Source: Myxococcales bacterium (GTDB lineage Bacteria; Myxococcota_A; UBA9042). From it: a stretch of 44,514 nt of DNA. The stretch lies in the NCBI GenBank assembly GCA_037441385.1, contig JBBISH010000043.1, forward strand, positions 1 to 44,514, in the 5' to 3' direction. A model generated the notes under the pieces. It was not told where the DNA came from, searched no databases, and saw only the letters and a program-made list of their open reading frames with translations. Shown here piece after piece: positions 41,585-44,514 of the stretch. Position 1 is the first letter of the stretch, and each line of letters starts with the position of its first letter. The translations under genes were made by a program, and so were the position numbers.

Positions 41585-42017
41585 GGGTGCGGCGTGCCTT
41601 TCCAGGTGCCTACTACGGAACTCCATGGCGCCCGTGGGGGCCGACCAAACTGCCTTCCACCTCGTGCACGGAATTGACAAGCCCCTGATCTTCAATAGAA
41701 ACCCGGCCCTTGAAAGGGCGGGCTATCATGGCGCCGTCGGCCTACGCCGACGTCTGGGTTCACTTCATCGTGGGTACGTGTCAACGGGGAAGCACTGAAT
41801 TGCCCAGCACTATCGCGCCCTCAACCTAGCCGTCCTTGGAGAAGGACGGCGTCATGATAGCCCGCTGCTTCAGCGGCCGGGCCACCCCCTCGCGTCGCTG
41901 ATACCTGCGTGATTCTAGGCAACTACCTTAAGACGGGTCAAGACTAACCAACTCCAGGGGCCGGTGCCGCCACTCCCTGAGTATAGTAGGCAAACGGTAA
42001 GGCAGGGGTGCGGCGTG
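41583..42017. repeat. 14-bp direct repeat AGGGGTGCGGCGTG bounding a non-coding segment
   Basis: Exact copies at 41583-41596 and 42004-42017. Confidence 0.7.
41702..41881. repeat. Pair of inverted REP-like double-hairpin elements
   Basis: 41702-41738 and the reverse complement of 41845-41881 match at 31/37 nt; each copy runs into a second hairpin. Confidence 0.75.
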
Positions 42018-42038
42018 AAGTAGCCGACGGACCCGCCT

Positions 42039-42067
42039 TTGACCTCACCGCATCGCATCCGTAGCAT
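42039..42067 (+). promoter_or_regulatory. Sigma70-like promoter for the antitoxin-like gene
   Basis: TTGACC-17 nt-TAGCAT with GCATC repeated three times across it. Confidence 0.5.
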
Positions 42068-42100
42068 CATGAAGCGTCGGTTGGCGCAGTTGAGGCAGCC

Positions 42101-42328
42101 ATGCCCCGCACCACCCTGGACCTGGACGACGATCTGCTGCTGGCGCTGAAGCGGGCGGCCTTGAACGCCCACGAGCCCGTGACGCGGCTGGCCAATCGGC
42201 TGCTCCGGCAAGCCCTGGCCGCGCCGCCGCCTGCCCACCCAGCAGTCCAGGTGCAGGTCTACGATCTGGGGCAAGCGCGCCTGCCCCTGGACAACATTGC
42301 AGCCTTGACAGAGCAGCCGGCGAAGTGA
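42101..42328 (+). CDS. VapB/CopG-type ribbon-helix-helix antitoxin-like protein
   Basis: MPRTTLDLDDDLL...K..A......RL.NRLLRQAL; GAGG RBS. Confidence 0.75.
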   Translation: MPRTTLDLDDDLLLALKRAALNAHEPVTRLANRLLRQALAAPPPAHPAVQVQVYDLGQARLPLDNIAALTEQPAK

Positions 42329-42334
42329 CGGCGG

Positions 42335-43345
42335 CTACGGCACCGAAACCGGCGGATCGTTCAAGAATTCCGCGTACCAGCCAAAGCTCGCCGCCATCAC
42401 CAGCACGCCCGGCTGCCCCGGCGGCTGCACCAGCGCCGGGCGGAAGCTGTCGTACAGCAACTGATTGACCGGCGAAGGGTATTTCTTCCACCAGCCCTTC
42501 TGCTCGAACAGCTTGGTCCAGCTGCTGTCGGCGGTGCTCTGCTCGTAGCCGTCCGCGGTGACCTGCAGCCAGCCGGTGCCAGCGGCCTTGCCGTAGTGGC
42601 ACGGCAACTGCAGATTCTCGCTGGCACTTTGGTACGGTTTGCTCGCGCCCGGGTCCCACGAGGCCGCGATCGTCACACTCAGTTGGCACGCGTCGCCAGC
42701 TTTGACCTTCTCGGGCGGCGGCTGCACGTCGACCTGCACCGCCGTGACCGAGATCGTGTGAACGGGCGCGGTCTTGTCGGCCGCGGTCTCGTCGCTGTCG
42801 GTGCGGAAGAAGGGGCCGCCGGGGACCTTGCGGGCCAGAGCCATGACCGTCAGGGCGCGCTTGCCAAGCTTGTAGCTGGGTTGCATGTCGGTCGCGCCGG
42901 CGCTGCTGTAATTCTCGACTACCGCCGCGGTGCGCTGCCACAGGTGGTAGGCGGCCTTGTCCTGGTACTCCATCCACAGGACCTGAGCAGGCAACACCTT
43001 GAGGTTACCCACGACTTTGCTGACGGAGTGGGCCTCGCAGGCGTTGCGGTCCACCACGGTGTAGGTCAGGCCGTCGGGCAAAAGGAACTGCAGCCACTCT
43101 TCGAAGTCGATGCAATTGCCAATGGCGCGGCGCATCCAATTGCCGGTGACCGAGGTCGACAGCGGGACATAGCCCGGATTGACCCAGGTGTCGCCGGCTT
43201 GCGCGCTGTCGCCGTCGCCAGTCCCGTCGAGCGTGCCCTGGCCGTCCGCCAGCGTGCCGGTGGTGGTCAGGCTGGCGCCGCCGGCGGTGCTGGAGCAGCC
43301 CAGCACGGCGACGAGCACGGGGAACAGCAGGCAGCTCCTTGGCAT
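42335..43345 (-). CDS. Hypothetical lipoprotein
   Basis: MPRSCLLFPVLVAVLGC lipobox, T/G/D-rich linker, four further Cys. Confidence 0.75.
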   Translation of the reverse strand: MPRSCLLFPVLVAVLGCSSTAGGASLTTTGTLADGQGTLDGTGDGDSAQAGDTWVNPGYVPLSTSVTGNWMRRAIGNCIDFEEWLQFLLPDGLTYTVVDRNACEAHSVSKVVGNLKVLPAQVLWMEYQDKAAYHLWQRTAAVVENYSSAGATDMQPSYKLGKRALTVMALARKVPGGPFFRTDSDETAADKTAPVHTISVTAVQVDVQPPPEKVKAGDACQLSVTIAASWDPGASKPYQSASENLQLPCHYGKAAGTGWLQVTADGYEQSTADSSWTKLFEQKGWWKKYPSPVNQLLYDSFRPALVQPPGQPGVLVMAASFGWYAEFLNDPPVSVP

Positions 43346-43358
43346 TTGGGCCCTCCGT

Positions 43359-44327
43359 CTACTCAACCGGCACCTGCAGCCGCCACAGCCGGTGGACGGC
43401 GCGGTTGCGGAAGTCGGGCGGGATGCTGCGGGCGGTCCAGTCCTCGACGACAGCGGGCAGGTCGTCGAAATTAGGCTGGAACTGCTGGTGATTGGTCGAA
43501 AACCACAGCACGCCACCCGGACGCAGCCTGGCCAAGACCCTACGCAACAAGTCGGCGTGGTCCCGCTGCACATCCCAGTCGCTGCCGGTGCGGCGCTGCG
43601 AGAACGACGGCGGATCGACGATCGCCAAATCCCAGGTCTTGCCCTGCTTTTCGGCCCACTCCAAGAAGGCGTCGGCCTCGATCTGGTGGCGGCGGTGCGG
43701 CCCCAGATCCTGACCGTTCAGGCGCAGGTTGTCGGCCAGCCAGTCCAGGTACGGGCCTGAGACATCTACAGAATCCGAGCTGCGCGCCCCGCCGACCGCC
43801 GCGGCCACGGTGAAGGCCCCGGTGTAGCAGAACAGGTTCAGCACGTCGTCGCCGGCGCAGCTGCCGCGCACGATCTTGCGGGTGTCGCGGTGATCCGAGA
43901 ACAGCCCGGTATCCAAAAAGTCGTCCAGGTTCACCAGGAATTGCAGATCGCGCTCGCGAACGGCCAGCCGCTTGCCGGTGGTGTCCAGGCGGCGGTAGCG
44001 CGAGCCCGCCTCGGGCCGGGTCCGCCGCTGGCGCGTGTGGATTTGCTCAGGCGGAATCCCAAGTTTTTGCCCCACCGCTTGGGCCATCGCCTCAAGCCAA
44101 CCGGGCAACTCGGCGGTCTGGGTGCGGGTAAATTCCGCGACCACCAGGTGGCCGGCGTAGTGGTCCACCACCGCGCGGATCTCGGGGATGTCGCGATCGT
44201 AGAGCCGGAAGCAGTCGATCTGCTGCTGCCGGAAGGCCGGCGCGAGCTTGTGGTAGTTCTTGGCGACGCGGTTGGCAAGCATCTCGGCCTGCCGCGCGAT
44301 GATCTGCTGGGGGGTGGCAAAGTCCAT
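43359..44327 (-). CDS. SAM-dependent rRNA methyltransferase, stand-alone RlmK-like (C-terminal half of RlmKL)
   Basis: ANR..KN, FRLYDRDIPE, VNLDDFLDTGLFSDHR, LNLFCYTG, DPPSFS, FSTN, SIPPDFRN. Confidence 0.88.
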   Translation of the reverse strand: MDFATPQQIIARQAEMLANRVAKNYHKLAPAFRQQQIDCFRLYDRDIPEIRAVVDHYAGHLVVAEFTRTQTAELPGWLEAMAQAVGQKLGIPPEQIHTRQRRTRPEAGSRYRRLDTTGKRLAVRERDLQFLVNLDDFLDTGLFSDHRDTRKIVRGSCAGDDVLNLFCYTGAFTVAAAVGGARSSDSVDVSGPYLDWLADNLRLNGQDLGPHRRHQIEADAFLEWAEKQGKTWDLAIVDPPSFSQRRTGSDWDVQRDHADLLRRVLARLRPGGVLWFSTNHQQFQPNFDDLPAVVEDWTARSIPPDFRNRAVHRLWRLQVPVE

Positions 44328-44387
44328 GGCGGCAGCATAGCCCGGTGGCCCGTGGGGCGAAAGGATCGGCCGCCGCAGGATCGACAC

Positions 44388-44514
44388 GGGCGCGGTTCCG
44401 AAAACCGGGTCAAGCCGCCATGATTTCCCGAGTGCGCCGCTCCCAGCGGCCGTTGAATAAGTCGGCTCGCAGCCTCGCCATTTGTGCCGCGCCGGCGATC
44501 GACCAGCGCATCCC
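44388..44514 (-). mobile_element. End of an IS element; transposase C-terminus resembling ISKra4/ISLre2 (IS256-related)
   Basis: Minus-strand frame 44514-44410 reads GMRWSIAGAAQMARLRADLFNGRWERRTREIMAA*, like the GMRW...GA..M..LR...GRW tail of these transposases. It is followed by a candidate terminal IR (GGGCGCGGTTCCG from 44388). Confidence 0.65.

Noticed and set aside
41915..42274. 119-aa minus-strand ORF
   Set aside because: Overlaps the antitoxin gene antisense; no motif or RBS.

Overview
High-GC bacterial chromosomal window, probably Myxococcota or a related deltaproteobacterium (a MYXO-CTERM tail and several myxobacteria-style lipoproteins). It holds about 38 protein genes plus tRNA-Pro(CGG). 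Housekeeping genes: fused ccsBA, thrS, CPA2 antiporter, dapF, RluA-family synthase, bamD, class I fumarase, tdh and a stand-alone RlmK-like methyltransferase. A ~18 kb envelope/glycan region has two parts: (i) LolD/FtsX-type ABC transporter, GT-C-like membrane protein, colD, gmd, an fcl/colC-like reductase and a DPM-synthase-like GT2; (ii) acyltransferase, beta-propeller and GNAT genes converging on rmlB-fdtA-fdtB-wzx-GT2. There is also an oxidative-stress locus (lipoprotein MsrB-MsrA divergent from rubrerythrin-rubredoxin). The most unusual items are a possible lipid-linked colitose glycosylation module coupled to an ABC transporter, a family-4 UDG fold that keeps its Fe-S cysteines but has lost its catalytic motifs, and a FadL-like channel next to a subtilase with altered active-site motifs. 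Smaller signals: paired REP-like hairpins inside a direct-repeat-bounded segment, an orphan antitoxin and an IS transposase tail at the right edge. All calls come from reading motifs by eye; no searches were run.
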